Source of the DNA: a virus
Length of the DNA: 64,000 bases
IMG/VR virus record: IMGVR_UViG_3300050120_000135
Direction: 5' to 3' (one strand)
The notes under the pieces were generated by a model that was not told the DNA's origin, did no database searches, and saw only the letters and a list, made by a program, of their open reading frames with translations. Shown here one piece after another: positions 1-9,299 of the stretch. Each line of letters opens with the position of its first letter. The stretch's first letter is position 1. The position numbers were made by a program, and so were the translations under genes.

Positions 1-132
1 ACGGCCGTCACCGAGGTTTGGGGCGCAACCCGGGAGGACCGGGCGAACTTGCTGTCGCCGGAGCAGCTGGATGAGCTCCAGAAGGACAAGACCGCCACGC
101 TGGCGGCGATCAAGCTGAAGGGCGAGAAGTGA
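1..132 (+). CDS. hypothetical protein, 3' fragment (gene starts left of window)
   Basis: Frame 1 is open from the window edge. Stop TGA 130-132 overlaps the next start (TGATG). No recognisable motif. Confidence 0.45.
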   Translation, partial: TAVTEVWGATREDRANLLSPEQLDELQKDKTATLAAIKLKGEK

Positions 133-392
133 TGCGCACGATCGAGGAAATGGTGCTGGCGTTCCTGACGGAGCGCCGGCTGACGGACAGCGAGGCCGCG
201 GCCGTGATGAAGACGGCGAAGACGGACTCGCGGTTCGCCTACCTCGCTGACCAGTGGAGCGAGCCGGCGATGCTGCTGTCGGGCCCGGCGACGCACCGGC
301 TGCAGGAGCTCGTGCGCAAGAAGGTACTGACCTGGATGGACAAGTATCAGGAGAAGCACTCGGCCCGTGCGCTGTTCACGGGGCAAAGCTGA
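132..392 (+). CDS. hypothetical protein (86 aa)
   Basis: ORF track 129..392. ATG at 132 is coupled to the upstream stop. Coding-like composition. Confidence 0.55.
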   Translation: MRTIEEMVLAFLTERRLTDSEAAAVMKTAKTDSRFAYLADQWSEPAMLLSGPATHRLQELVRKKVLTWMDKYQEKHSARALFTGQS

Positions 393-706
393 TGCGCCGC
401 TGGCTTGCCTTTCTGGTCTGCCCGGTGCTGCGCGACGAAGTCGCCGCGCTGCAGTCCGGCAACACCAAGGTCGCTCTCGAAAACGGTCGACTGCTCGACG
501 GGCGATATCCTGACGTCATGCGCGACACGATCGCACGCGCCGTCTACCGATACCAGGAAGGCCCCGGGACGTTCGACCAGCCCGGCAGCGTCAAGGGCGA
601 TCTCATCAAGAATATCAGCATTGACGAGGCGGAAAACATTCGCCGCGCGATCATGGGCGAGCCGGAATTGCCGCTCGAGTCCGACAGCAGCGACGTGGTG
701 TTCTGA
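392..706 (+). CDS. hypothetical protein (104 aa)
   Basis: Internal ATG of ORF 254..706 (MRRWLAFLV...). It overlaps the previous stop (TGATG). The upstream part of the ORF looks out of frame. Confidence 0.55.
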   Translation: MRRWLAFLVCPVLRDEVAALQSGNTKVALENGRLLDGRYPDVMRDTIARAVYRYQEGPGTFDQPGSVKGDLIKNISIDEAENIRRAIMGEPELPLESDSSDVVF

Positions 707-1911
707 TGGATTGGTCCCCGCAACAAAACGAAGCGCTGGAGAAAGTCGCGAAGTGGTACGCGTCCGAAGATCGGCCGCAAATCTTCCGGCTTTTTGGATT
801 CGCGGGTACGGGAAAGACCACGCTCGCGATCGAGATATCGGAAATGGTCTCCGGCGATTGCCTGTTCGCCAGCTTCACGGGAAAGGCTGCGCTGGTGATG
901 CGCAAGAAGGGCTGCCACGGCGCGCAGACGCTGCACTCGCTGATCTACAAGCCGCGTCGCAAGAACCGCGACAATGAGGAGCAGGACAAGGAAATCCCGA
1001 TGTGGGAATTGAACCCTGACAGCGCATTGCGCGAGGCGGACCTTTTGATAATCGACGAGTGCTCGATGGTTGGCGAGGAGCTCGCGCTCGACGTGCTGTC
1101 GTTCAAGAAGCCGGTGCTCGTGCTCGGCGACCCCGCGCAGCTGCCGCCGGTCGGCGGCGCCGGTTATTTCACCGAAGCCGAGCCCGACGCGATGCTAACC
1201 GAGATCCATCGCCAGGCGCTCGACAATCCCATCATTCGCATTGCGACCATGATACGCATGGGCGAGCGGCTGCGGATTGCGCACCACAAAGGCCCGCAGG
1301 CCGGCCAAGGCGTGTCCGTGATGCTGCGAACGAACCTGCGTCTGCAAAGCGAGCTCGCTGCCGATCAAATCCTGTGCGGTAAGAACGACAGCCGTGTGAC
1401 GATCAACAAGCGCATTCGCGAGCAGCTGCGCCGCGAAGGCAAACTGCCGGCCGGCGACAACCTGCCCGTGGTCGGAGATCGCATTATCTGTCTGAAGAAC
1501 AAGCGCGACCGCGGCTTACTGAACGGCGGCATGTGGACCGTGAAAGAACTGCGCGATCGCGACTATGGCGCCAAGAAAAAGGGCCGAGCGGAAGTCAGCT
1601 ACCTTGAAGTCGAATCGCTCGATCAGAAAGACCTGCCGAACTATGTCGCCGTGCCGCACGCCTTCTGGTTCTGGAACAACAAGGAAAACGATCTGAATCT
1701 GCCGGAGAAAATGGCGCGCGGTCACTACGACGAGTTCGACTACGCCTACGCCATCACGTGCCACAAATCGCAGGGCTCGCAATGGGACAAAGTCGTCGTG
1801 ATCGACGAGAGCGCGGTGTTCGGTGGCCGCGGCGATCGCGAGGACATCCCGCAGCGCTGGTTGTACACGGCCGCGACCCGAGCGGCCGAAGCACTCATCA
1901 TCGCGGTGTGA
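706..1911 (+). CDS. SF1 RecD/Dda-like DNA helicase
   Basis: 401 aa. Walker A GFAGTGKTT, Walker B LLIIDECSMV, and C-terminal ITCHKSQGSQWDKVVV motif typical of RecD/Dda-type helicases. Confidence 0.9.
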   Translation: MDWSPQQNEALEKVAKWYASEDRPQIFRLFGFAGTGKTTLAIEISEMVSGDCLFASFTGKAALVMRKKGCHGAQTLHSLIYKPRRKNRDNEEQDKEIPMWELNPDSALREADLLIIDECSMVGEELALDVLSFKKPVLVLGDPAQLPPVGGAGYFTEAEPDAMLTEIHRQALDNPIIRIATMIRMGERLRIAHHKGPQAGQGVSVMLRTNLRLQSELAADQILCGKNDSRVTINKRIREQLRREGKLPAGDNLPVVGDRIICLKNKRDRGLLNGGMWTVKELRDRDYGAKKKGRAEVSYLEVESLDQKDLPNYVAVPHAFWFWNNKENDLNLPEKMARGHYDEFDYAYAITCHKSQGSQWDKVVVIDESAVFGGRGDREDIPQRWLYTAATRAAEALIIAV

Positions 1912-1912
1912 T

Positions 1913-2116
1913 ATGGAACAGCACAATCACCACTGCCTGCTCACCTTCCTTGGCTACAACTGGCGAATCGTGGCGTGCAGGAAAAACGAGATCGACGTCA
2001 TACGTCCGATCGGCTTCGGCCATTGCTCGACGTACCAGACGATTTACACCGCCGCAGTCGATTGGAATGCCTACGGTACCGCGGCCGTCGCGATGGACCG
2101 GAGAGCGCAATGCTGA
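1913..2116 (+). CDS. hypothetical protein (67 aa)
   Basis: ATG 2 nt after the helicase stop (MEQHNHHCLL...), taken from ORF 1823..2116. Confidence 0.4.
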   Translation: MEQHNHHCLLTFLGYNWRIVACRKNEIDVIRPIGFGHCSTYQTIYTAAVDWNAYGTAAVAMDRRAQC

Positions 2117-2340
2117 CCTGGAAAGAACGACAGGAGCGTGTCGAGGCCCGCGGCGCCGAGTACCGCGCCGGCGCCATGTCCGAGGACCAGTTTTCGGCAT
2201 ACCTGTTTTCGATGCGCTACCGCGGTGAGGACATTCGCCACAAGCTGAACGAACACGCGCCGCCGGCGCCGGCCCCGACGTTCGAAGAACGCCGACTCGA
2301 AGTGAGTCGGGAATGGATCAGGAGCTACCATGGCCGATAA
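2110..2340 (+). CDS. hypothetical protein (76 aa)
   Basis: Internal ATG (MLTWKERQERV...) of ORF 1975..2340. It overlaps the neighbouring genes at both ends. Confidence 0.45.
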   Translation: MLTWKERQERVEARGAEYRAGAMSEDQFSAYLFSMRYRGEDIRHKLNEHAPPAPAPTFEERRLEVSREWIRSYHGR

Positions 2341-3289
2341 GTCCGACATTGGCTGGACCGGCGCGACCTGGAACGTCATCACCGGCTGCGCGATCAAGTC
2401 GCCGGCGTGCCGGCTTTGCTACGCCATGGATCTTGCCGGCACCAGGCTAAAGAACCATCCGTCTCGATCCGGACTGACGAAGCAGGTCAACGGCCGCCAC
2501 GTGTGGACCGGCGAGGTTCGCTTCAACGAAGACTGGCTCCGGCAGCCGCTGCAGTGGAAACGGCCGCGCGAGATCTTCGTCGTCGCACACGGCGACCTGT
2601 TCTACGAGGAAGTGCCCGATGCCTGGATCTACAGGGTGTTCGCCGTGATGGCGCTGGCGCAACGGCACACATTCCAGCTGCTGACGAAACGCTCGGACCG
2701 AATGCGCCAGATTATCACGCACATGGGCAAGTCGATCGAGCCGCTCGAACGCGAAGCCCGCGCGCTCGGCTACACGCTGAAGTTTGATGGCGCCGGCATG
2801 GTGTCGTGGCCGCTGCCGAACGTGCACGCCGGCGTCTCTGCCGAGCGGCAGCGCGAGGCTGACGAGCGCATTCCGGACCTGCTCGCAACACCGGCGGCGA
2901 AGCGCTACGTCTCGGCCGAGCCGCTGCTTGAAGACATCGAATTCGAGGGCCGCGGCTGGCTAAAGACACCGGAAAACCCGGGCGGCCTCGACCAGATCAT
3001 CGACGGCGGCGAGAGCGGCAAAGGCGAGAAGCGCAATCCGGTACCGACTCACATCGAGTCGTTCCGTAACATTCGTCGACAGTGTCGCGGCACTGGTACC
3101 GCCTATTTCCACAAGCAGAACGGCTCTTGGCTGCATGAGAGTCAGATGACCAGCGGCGTTCGATCGGCGATGTATCTCGACGGTACCGAGCAGCACCACT
3201 GGCCCGACGGCAGCGTATCGTTCCGGGTCGGCACCGGCGCCGCCGGCGCGCTGCTCGATGGCGTTGCGCACGAGGGGAGGCCGTCATGA
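2330..3289 (+). CDS. phage Gp37/Gp68 family (DUF5131-like) protein
   Basis: 319 aa. N-terminus IGWTGATWNVITGCAIKSPACRLCYA matches my recollection of the Gp37/Gp68 family signature. Confidence 0.75.
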   Translation: MADKSDIGWTGATWNVITGCAIKSPACRLCYAMDLAGTRLKNHPSRSGLTKQVNGRHVWTGEVRFNEDWLRQPLQWKRPREIFVVAHGDLFYEEVPDAWIYRVFAVMALAQRHTFQLLTKRSDRMRQIITHMGKSIEPLEREARALGYTLKFDGAGMVSWPLPNVHAGVSAERQREADERIPDLLATPAAKRYVSAEPLLEDIEFEGRGWLKTPENPGGLDQIIDGGESGKGEKRNPVPTHIESFRNIRRQCRGTGTAYFHKQNGSWLHESQMTSGVRSAMYLDGTEQHHWPDGSVSFRVGTGAAGALLDGVAHEGRPS

Positions 3290-3588
3290 GATTGATCCGC
3301 CGCAAATTCGAAGCATGGCTGAAGGCAAAGCCAGCCGAAGAAATCGTCGGACATAACTGCAACTGTCACGCGTGCCCTCTCGCGCTATACTACGCCGAAG
3401 CAAGCGGCGGCAGCGAGGTTGTCATCTCCAGTCACCGCAACGGGTTTGGATACGTCGTAGACCGCGGCGACGGTCACCGAAGAATGCCGGCGTGGGCCGA
3501 CGCCTTTGCCTTCCTTGTCGATAGCGAAGCGCGGGGCGCGCAGATCACTGCCGGCAAAGCGCTGGAAATCTTGGGAGAGGTTTCATGA
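3286..3588 (+). CDS. hypothetical protein (100 aa, CxC..CP motif)
   Basis: ATGA-coupled on both sides. Contains HNCNCHACPLALYY. Confidence 0.6.
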   Translation: MRLIRRKFEAWLKAKPAEEIVGHNCNCHACPLALYYAEASGGSEVVISSHRNGFGYVVDRGDGHRRMPAWADAFAFLVDSEARGAQITAGKALEILGEVS

Positions 3589-4328
3589 GCTATCGCGCGA
3601 TCGACTTGGAGACGACAGGCCTGCCGAAAGACAACGGCGAGCCGACGGGCATTATGCAGGTTGGCTGGTGCGATATGCGTTTCAATATCATCAAGCCTCC
3701 GCACGGCTTCTTCGTCGACTCCGGGGTCCCGGTCGAGATCGAGGCTCGCGCGATTCACCACATCAGCGACGAGATGGTCGCCGGCGAGATCAAGCCGGAC
3801 GAGGCAACGACCCTGCTTGCGCGGGGCGAGCACGAATACACTGTCGCGCACAATATCGAGCACGAAAAACACTATATCAGTCCCGGCGTCGTCGCGCTCA
3901 CCGGCGAACCGCGGCAATGGATTTGCACCTATAAGACTGCGCTCCGGATCTGGCCTGAGGCGCCCGGCCACAAGCTGCAGGAGCTGCGTTACTTCCTCAA
4001 GCTGGATGACGAGGAAGACTTCGACCCGAAACTTGCCGAGCCGCCACACCGTGCGCCCGGCGACGCTTACGTCTGCGCGCATCTGCTGCGACGAGTGCTG
4101 AAGGAAATCACAGTCGAACAGGCTGTCCGCTGGTCGAGCGGGCCCGCGCTGCTCTGGATGTGCTTCATGAAAAAGTACAAAGGCACACCCTGGAAGGACG
4201 TTCCGAAAGACTATCTCGACTGGATTTTAAACAAGTCCGACATCACCGATCGCGATATCCGCGCGACCGCGAAATACTACTTCACCCGATCGGCGAAACC
4301 GCACACCGGCGACAACCCGTATCCTTGA
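3585..4328 (+). CDS. DnaQ/DEDD-type 3'-5' exonuclease with C-terminal DUF3820-like tail
   Basis: 247 aa. Exo I motif AIDLETTGLP at the N-terminus. The C-terminal KYKGTPWKDVPKDYLDWIL resembles the small domain often fused to such exonucleases. Confidence 0.85.
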   Translation: MSYRAIDLETTGLPKDNGEPTGIMQVGWCDMRFNIIKPPHGFFVDSGVPVEIEARAIHHISDEMVAGEIKPDEATTLLARGEHEYTVAHNIEHEKHYISPGVVALTGEPRQWICTYKTALRIWPEAPGHKLQELRYFLKLDDEEDFDPKLAEPPHRAPGDAYVCAHLLRRVLKEITVEQAVRWSSGPALLWMCFMKKYKGTPWKDVPKDYLDWILNKSDITDRDIRATAKYYFTRSAKPHTGDNPYP

Positions 4329-4355
4329 ACCCTTTTCAACCGGAGGAAGACCACC

Positions 4356-6290
4356 ATGCTTAAAGCAGCCCCAGTTACATCGTTTGCAACCGAAGCAGGC
4401 GCGCCGCCGCCGATCATCATGCGCGCGATCAGTACGCTCTATCTCGCGAGCGAAGCGCCCAAGGGTGCGAATCTCGTCGTGCGCGACTCGAGCAGGGGAT
4501 CACCGATGACCGACGCCGAGCTGAAGGCATCGATTTACGCGAAGGGAATTATCCAGCCGCTGATCTGGAAAAGCTATGAGGGCAAAGACTATGTCGTTGC
4601 CGGCAACCGTCGCCTGCGCTTCCTGCGTGAGATTTTCGCCGACGCGATGGCGTCGCCAGTGCAGACGCAGAACGTCGACACGTTTGGCGGCGACTGGCGC
4701 GAGGTTGCCATCGACACGAATCTGTCGCTGCCGCCGCACCTAGTCGAGCGCTACGAGTTGATCGTGAAGCTGGCGGCCGACATGAAGCTGTCGCCCGAAG
4801 ACACCATGTCGCGCTTCGGTATGTCGACGCAGCAGTACGGCCGCGTAATGGCGCTCGGCAAGATGTCGGAAACAATCCGGAAGGCATGGAAAGACGCGAC
4901 GATCGACGCTAAGACCGCGCAAGCCTTCACGCTCGAGCCGGACCCGAAAGAGCAGGACAAAATCTTCGCCTCGCTAATAAAAAACGCATGGCAGGGGAAG
5001 ATCGGCGAGCACCAGGTCAGGACCAAGATCATCCCGGTGCAGCAGCGGGACATCGGAAAGTTTGTGTCCTTCCTCGGAATCGACACCGTGCGCAAGGCCA
5101 AGCTGCTGAAGCAGGAGGATATGTTCGAGGACAATCACACCGTCACCGACACGAAGGCGCTGAACAAGCTGGTCGGCGATCGGCTGGCAGCCAAATGCAA
5201 GGAGCTGCTCGACGCTGGCTGGTCGTGGGCCATTCCGGAAAGCAAGGTCGAGGTCAGCACCTATCATTACGGCTCGATCGACCCTGCGAAGAAGCCACAG
5301 CCAACGCCGGAGGAGAAGGTAAGACTCGAACAACTGAAGCAGTTGATCGACGGCGATCCAACGGATGGCGAGGAGTACGACGACGAGCCTTACATGGACG
5401 AGAGCAATCGGATTCTCGAAGATGTTAAGCTGCGCGGCTACACTGATCTTCAGCGCAAGAAGACCGGCTGCATTCTCGAAATCGGTCGCGACGGAAAACT
5501 CAATATCTCATACGGTCGCATCAAGCCGTCCGAGAAGAAGTCGGTCGCGGCATCGGAACGCGCGGTCACAACGATAGCGAAGAAGAAGGCCAAGGCGAGC
5601 AAGCCCGGTGCCGCCGTGCTGACGAACGCTCTTGCCGAGCGACTGTCGACGCAACTGGAGAAGGCTATCAAGGCGTCGATGCAGGCAAAGCCGCGAGTTG
5701 CCGCCGCGGCCCTGATCGCGGCCTTCGCCAGCGACGGTCACATCCTCGATGTCGGAATGAACGGCGTGGACCGGCACAAATACAGGTTTGGAAAACCGAG
5801 CACGAACCCGAACAACTTCCTGCAGGTTTTCGAAGGTGCCGTTCAGGCGTCGGCTGAAGCGCAGATCGTTATGCTGACGAAGATCGTGGCAGAAGCTGTC
5901 AGCATCCAAGTCACCAGCGCAACGGATAAGGCGCCGATCGACGACAAGGCCCTGCAGGCCGTGATCGAGGCCATGGACGGCAAGACGCTGAACGCGGCGA
6001 TCGCAGGCGAGTTCGACGCCAAGGACTATTTCGCCGGCGTCAGCTTGTCCGCCAGCGTCGCGGCCGTGCGCTGCTCGATGGGCGACGAGCACGCCGACAA
6101 GGTCGCGAAGATGAAGAAGGGCGAGGCAGCGAAGTTTGCTGCAGCGAACGTAACTACATTCGGTTGGCTCCCGCGCGAACTCCGGACGGTGCATTATCAG
6201 GGACCGACGGAGTCGTCTCCCAGGGCTGCAAAGAAGGACAAGAAGCCGAAGCCGGTCAAGAAGGCTCCGGTACCGAAGAAGCGCAAGTAG
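4356..6290 (+). CDS. ParB-like nuclease domain protein
   Basis: 644 aa. GGAGGA lies 7 nt upstream. ParB/Srx N-terminal motif IIQPLIW..YVVAGNRRLRFLREI. Lys-rich C-terminus. Confidence 0.8.
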   Translation: MLKAAPVTSFATEAGAPPPIIMRAISTLYLASEAPKGANLVVRDSSRGSPMTDAELKASIYAKGIIQPLIWKSYEGKDYVVAGNRRLRFLREIFADAMASPVQTQNVDTFGGDWREVAIDTNLSLPPHLVERYELIVKLAADMKLSPEDTMSRFGMSTQQYGRVMALGKMSETIRKAWKDATIDAKTAQAFTLEPDPKEQDKIFASLIKNAWQGKIGEHQVRTKIIPVQQRDIGKFVSFLGIDTVRKAKLLKQEDMFEDNHTVTDTKALNKLVGDRLAAKCKELLDAGWSWAIPESKVEVSTYHYGSIDPAKKPQPTPEEKVRLEQLKQLIDGDPTDGEEYDDEPYMDESNRILEDVKLRGYTDLQRKKTGCILEIGRDGKLNISYGRIKPSEKKSVAASERAVTTIAKKKAKASKPGAAVLTNALAERLSTQLEKAIKASMQAKPRVAAAALIAAFASDGHILDVGMNGVDRHKYRFGKPSTNPNNFLQVFEGAVQASAEAQIVMLTKIVAEAVSIQVTSATDKAPIDDKALQAVIEAMDGKTLNAAIAGEFDAKDYFAGVSLSASVAAVRCSMGDEHADKVAKMKKGEAAKFAAANVTTFGWLPRELRTVHYQGPTESSPRAAKKDKKPKPVKKAPVPKKRK

Positions 6291-6299
6291 ACCGACCCC

Positions 6300-6323
6300 G
6301 GGGCGGCGTGATATCGCCGCCCC
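6300..6323 (+). terminator. stem-loop downstream of the ParB-like gene (weak terminator or stability element)
   Basis: Perfect 9-bp stem GGGGCGGCG/CGCCGCCCC with a 6-nt loop, followed only by TTCACCC (poor U-tract). Confidence 0.35.
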
Positions 6324-6350
6324 TTCACCCTGACGAGAGGAAGCCGTCAC

Positions 6351-6971
6351 ATGGACCGAAAATCACCGCTCGCGTGGCCGGAAAACGAGCCGCGCACCCC
6401 GCCGCATCGACGCGAGACCAAATCACCGTTCAGCGTCACGCCCGGCCGTACACTGGATCAATTAGACGCCGAGCTCTCACGGTTTCGCGCAAAGAACGTC
6501 ATCCTGTCGATCGACCTTCCGTTCCGCGGCAAGGTGGACGACTCCGCTGCAGCGCTATTTTTCGACCTGCCGGGCGATCGCGCCATTTCCATTTGCTGCG
6601 ACCTTTATCTGAAGCAGGACGACAACGTCCGCGCGCTCTACATGGTCATCCAGGCCATGCGCACGATCGAGCGCTACGGCGGCCAGAACCTTTCGCAGAA
6701 GTCGTTCAGCGGCTTTGCCGCACTCCCGCCGCCGCCTGACATCTGGAAAATGCTCGGCATCAGCAAAGGCGTCGGCGAAGCGCTGAACGACAAGATGCGC
6801 AAGGAATTCGTGATGGACGCATTCCGCAACAAGGCAAAGGAAGGCCACGACGCCGGCCACGACATGCAGGCCTTGGTCGAGGCGCGCGCAGCGCTGGAGA
6901 AGCTGCGCGAGACAGCAGCGCCGGGATATGCCGAAGCGATCGACGAAGTGCTGAAGGGAATCCCGGTATGA
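6351..6971 (+). CDS. hypothetical protein with degenerate J-domain-like C-terminus
   Basis: 206 aa. C-terminal DIWKMLGISKG...FRNKAKEGHDAGHD resembles a J-domain that has lost the HPD motif. This is recollection only. Confidence 0.5.
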   Translation: MDRKSPLAWPENEPRTPPHRRETKSPFSVTPGRTLDQLDAELSRFRAKNVILSIDLPFRGKVDDSAAALFFDLPGDRAISICCDLYLKQDDNVRALYMVIQAMRTIERYGGQNLSQKSFSGFAALPPPPDIWKMLGISKGVGEALNDKMRKEFVMDAFRNKAKEGHDAGHDMQALVEARAALEKLRETAAPGYAEAIDEVLKGIPV

Positions 6972-7471
6972 CGGACGAAATCTGGAGAGACATTCCCGAC
7001 TTAGAAGGCCGATATCAGGTCAGCAATCTAGGTCGCGCACGCAGCTTGGATCGAGCTACGATCGACAAATCGCACCTTACCGCCGACGTAGGTTTAAGGG
7101 GCGAGTCCTTGCGATGCCTCCAGATACTGACGGATATCCGCAGATATGCCTGCCGGGCGGAATGCGTCGGGTTTTGCAAATTGGTTTTGGAGGCCTTCAT
7201 CGGACCAAAGCCGGACGGCACTGAAGCGTTGCACGATGACGGCAACAACAAAAATTCCGAGTTAACCAATCTTTGTTGGGGCACTCACGCAAAAAATATG
7301 CAGGACCGCGTCAAGCACGGCCGAGATGTTCACGCCAAACTTAACCCCGACAAGGTTGCGATCATCCGAACCAGCGGAAAATCTTCGGACGAGCTAGCTG
7401 CTGAATTTGACGTCGACAGCCGAACTGTCCGGCGCGCGAAGGCGCGCAGCACATGGAGGCACGTAGCATGA
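6968..7471 (+). CDS. NUMOD4/HNH_3-type homing endonuclease (middle part apparently frame-scrambled)
   Basis: N-terminal WRDIPDLEGRYQVSNLGRARSL (NUMOD4). C-terminal LVLEAFIGPKPDGTEALHDDGNNKNSELTNLCWGTHAKN (HNH_3). Visibly lower GC than the flanks. Confidence 0.8.
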   Translation: MTDEIWRDIPDLEGRYQVSNLGRARSLDRATIDKSHLTADVGLRGESLRCLQILTDIRRYACRAECVGFCKLVLEAFIGPKPDGTEALHDDGNNKNSELTNLCWGTHAKNMQDRVKHGRDVHAKLNPDKVAIIRTSGKSSDELAAEFDVDSRTVRRAKARSTWRHVA

Positions 7472-7677
7472 CTTTTCGCATCGAACACAACGAGGGAATG
7501 TTTTTTTGCGACAGCTGCCCCGAGCATATCGAATGCGACGGCCGCAGCGACTTCAAGGGCGCGCACATCTTCGCAAAATCGAAGGGCTGGCGGACCTATA
7601 TCGGGCCCGACAAGGAGTGGGCCGCCGCATGCCCTCTGTGCGTCGAGCAGCACGCCGAAGACCAACGTCGGAAATAA
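7468..7677 (+). CDS. small Cys-rich hypothetical protein (69 aa)
   Basis: ATGA-coupled ATG with GGAGG 8 nt upstream. Contains CDSCPEH...CPLC. Confidence 0.5.
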   Translation: MTFRIEHNEGMFFCDSCPEHIECDGRSDFKGAHIFAKSKGWRTYIGPDKEWAAACPLCVEQHAEDQRRK

Positions 7678-7720
7678 TCCCCGCTGCGGACCAGCAGCAC
7701 CACTGAGGAGAGAGACGACG

Positions 7721-7930
7721 ATGAATTACGCGGTTACAAAAATCGAAGAACGCTTCGCGGACGACGGTCACGGATTCGACTTCGATCGGATCGGCGGCAC
7801 GTCGTCGGCTTCGGGCCAAGTCAGCACCGGTTGGTGGGCCGTCCTAAAAGACGGCGCCGTTCCGTGCGGTCCGAACCGACCGGACCTCCGGGAAGGCGAC
7901 CGGATCGAAGTACAGGTCCGCAAGCTATGA
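7721..7930 (+). CDS. hypothetical protein (69 aa)
   Basis: GAGGAG lies upstream. ATGA-coupled to the next gene. Confidence 0.55.
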   Translation: MNYAVTKIEERFADDGHGFDFDRIGGTSSASGQVSTGWWAVLKDGAVPCGPNRPDLREGDRIEVQVRKL

Positions 7931-8568
7931 TCGCCCCGATATCCAGAAGATCAGTCGTCGCCGGTATTACCGTATCGTTAATTGCATCAAGAGGCGCGCG
8001 CGCCGACGATCCGCCGATCATCATCACCGGCGATATGGGCATGGTCGGAACGGCCCTCAAAGCACATTGGGCGTCGCGTAATATCGTCGGCGTCGATATA
8101 AAGCGCGGCGACGATCAAGACCTCATGCTTTGGCGTTGGGAGAACTTGGTGCAGCCAGGTTGCACGGTCGTTCATCTGGCGATCCGTCGAGGGTGGGATT
8201 TCGTAACAGCGGAGTACGACCACCGGCTCAACAATCACGTCCTAGAGACCTGTATTTTCAAAAAGGTTCGCAGGCTCATTTTTACCAGTTCTCAGATGGT
8301 GCGCGCGGCCGATCTGCACATGGGCGCGCTGACGTACTACGCGGCCGAAAAACTCGGCATGGAGGCGATGATCCGCGCCGCCAGTGAGCAGGGAAGTTTT
8401 CAATCGCGCATCCTTCGTCTAGGTAGCTTCGGTCCGTACAAGGCCGATCACGACTGGACGCGGGCCGACGAAGCTACGCTCGGATATTGGTTTGATCTTG
8501 CGGCCGACATGAACGATGTATCACCACTGCAAACGTGGGACGTTATAGGCCGAACCGCCAAAGATTGA
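7927..8568 (+). CDS. short extended-SDR / NAD-dependent epimerase-dehydratase-like protein with Tat-type signal peptide
   Basis: ATGA-coupled start. N-terminus MIAPISRRSVVAGITVSLIASRGARA|DD. Carries GxxGxxG (ITGDMGMVG), VVHLA, FTSSQMV and YxxxK (YYAEK). Confidence 0.75.
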   Translation: MIAPISRRSVVAGITVSLIASRGARADDPPIIITGDMGMVGTALKAHWASRNIVGVDIKRGDDQDLMLWRWENLVQPGCTVVHLAIRRGWDFVTAEYDHRLNNHVLETCIFKKVRRLIFTSSQMVRAADLHMGALTYYAAEKLGMEAMIRAASEQGSFQSRILRLGSFGPYKADHDWTRADEATLGYWFDLAADMNDVSPLQTWDVIGRTAKD

Positions 8569-8624
8569 TTTTTAAGAACGGGGCCGAATCCCTCGGCTCC
8601 GATACCACTAGGAGAAAACGACAA

Positions 8625-9167
8625 ATGCGACGCTTTTTTTTCACGATTCTATTCATGGCCGGGCTCGCCCCGGCGGTCGCGGCCCAAGCGCCGGTCAAAA
8701 CCGACCCCGCCGACGCGATCAATCCCGCGAAACTTACCATCAACGACTGCCTGCTGATCCTGAGTGCGCTGAATGCGCTGGACAGTCATCAGGTGGTGCT
8801 CAATTCCGGAAAAGCCGGAGAGCAGCTGGTGACCGTGCCATACGAGTTCGCGAAGGGCGGCCTCCGCCTGGACATCGCCCATAACATCGCGGTGCTGGTC
8901 GGTGTCCAGCGGGAGTCGCAGGCCGCGCAGCAGAAGATTTTCTACGAGGTCCTCAAAGCGGTTCCGGAGACGAAGCCCGGAGAGGCCGCGATGGAGATCA
9001 AGCCCGGAACGCCCCAAAGCGTCGAGTACGACCGGCAGCTCCGGGAGCTCACCGCCAAACCATGCGGCGCGCCACTGACACGCATCAACGCCGAGGACCT
9101 TAATCTCACCAAGAACCAGATTCCGGTCGGCGTGCTCTCGAACCTGGATAAGATACTCGACCGGTAA
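8625..9167 (+). CDS. secreted hypothetical protein (Sec signal peptide)
   Basis: AGGAGA lies upstream. N-terminus MRRFFFTILFMAGLAPAVAAQA|P. No recognisable family. Confidence 0.7.
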   Translation: MRRFFFTILFMAGLAPAVAAQAPVKTDPADAINPAKLTINDCLLILSALNALDSHQVVLNSGKAGEQLVTVPYEFAKGGLRLDIAHNIAVLVGVQRESQAAQQKIFYEVLKAVPETKPGEAAMEIKPGTPQSVEYDRQLRELTAKPCGAPLTRINAEDLNLTKNQIPVGVLSNLDKILDR

Positions 9168-9245
9168 GGCCTCACGCCGGCCCTGAGGAGCTCAGGAGCG
9201 CGTTATTTCCGTCCGGTCGCTACGACGGTCCACGAACGACAAAAA

Positions 9246-9284
9246 AGCCGCCCCGGGCCCTATAAAAGGGTTCCCGGGGCGGCT
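9246..9284. terminator. bidirectional rho-independent terminator
   Basis: Perfect 12-bp stem AGCCGCCCCGGG/CCCGGGGCGGCT. It is flanked by A6 on the left (a U-tract for the minus strand) and TTTC on the right. Confidence 0.6.
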
Positions 9285-9299
9285 TTCAAACAAGGGGAG

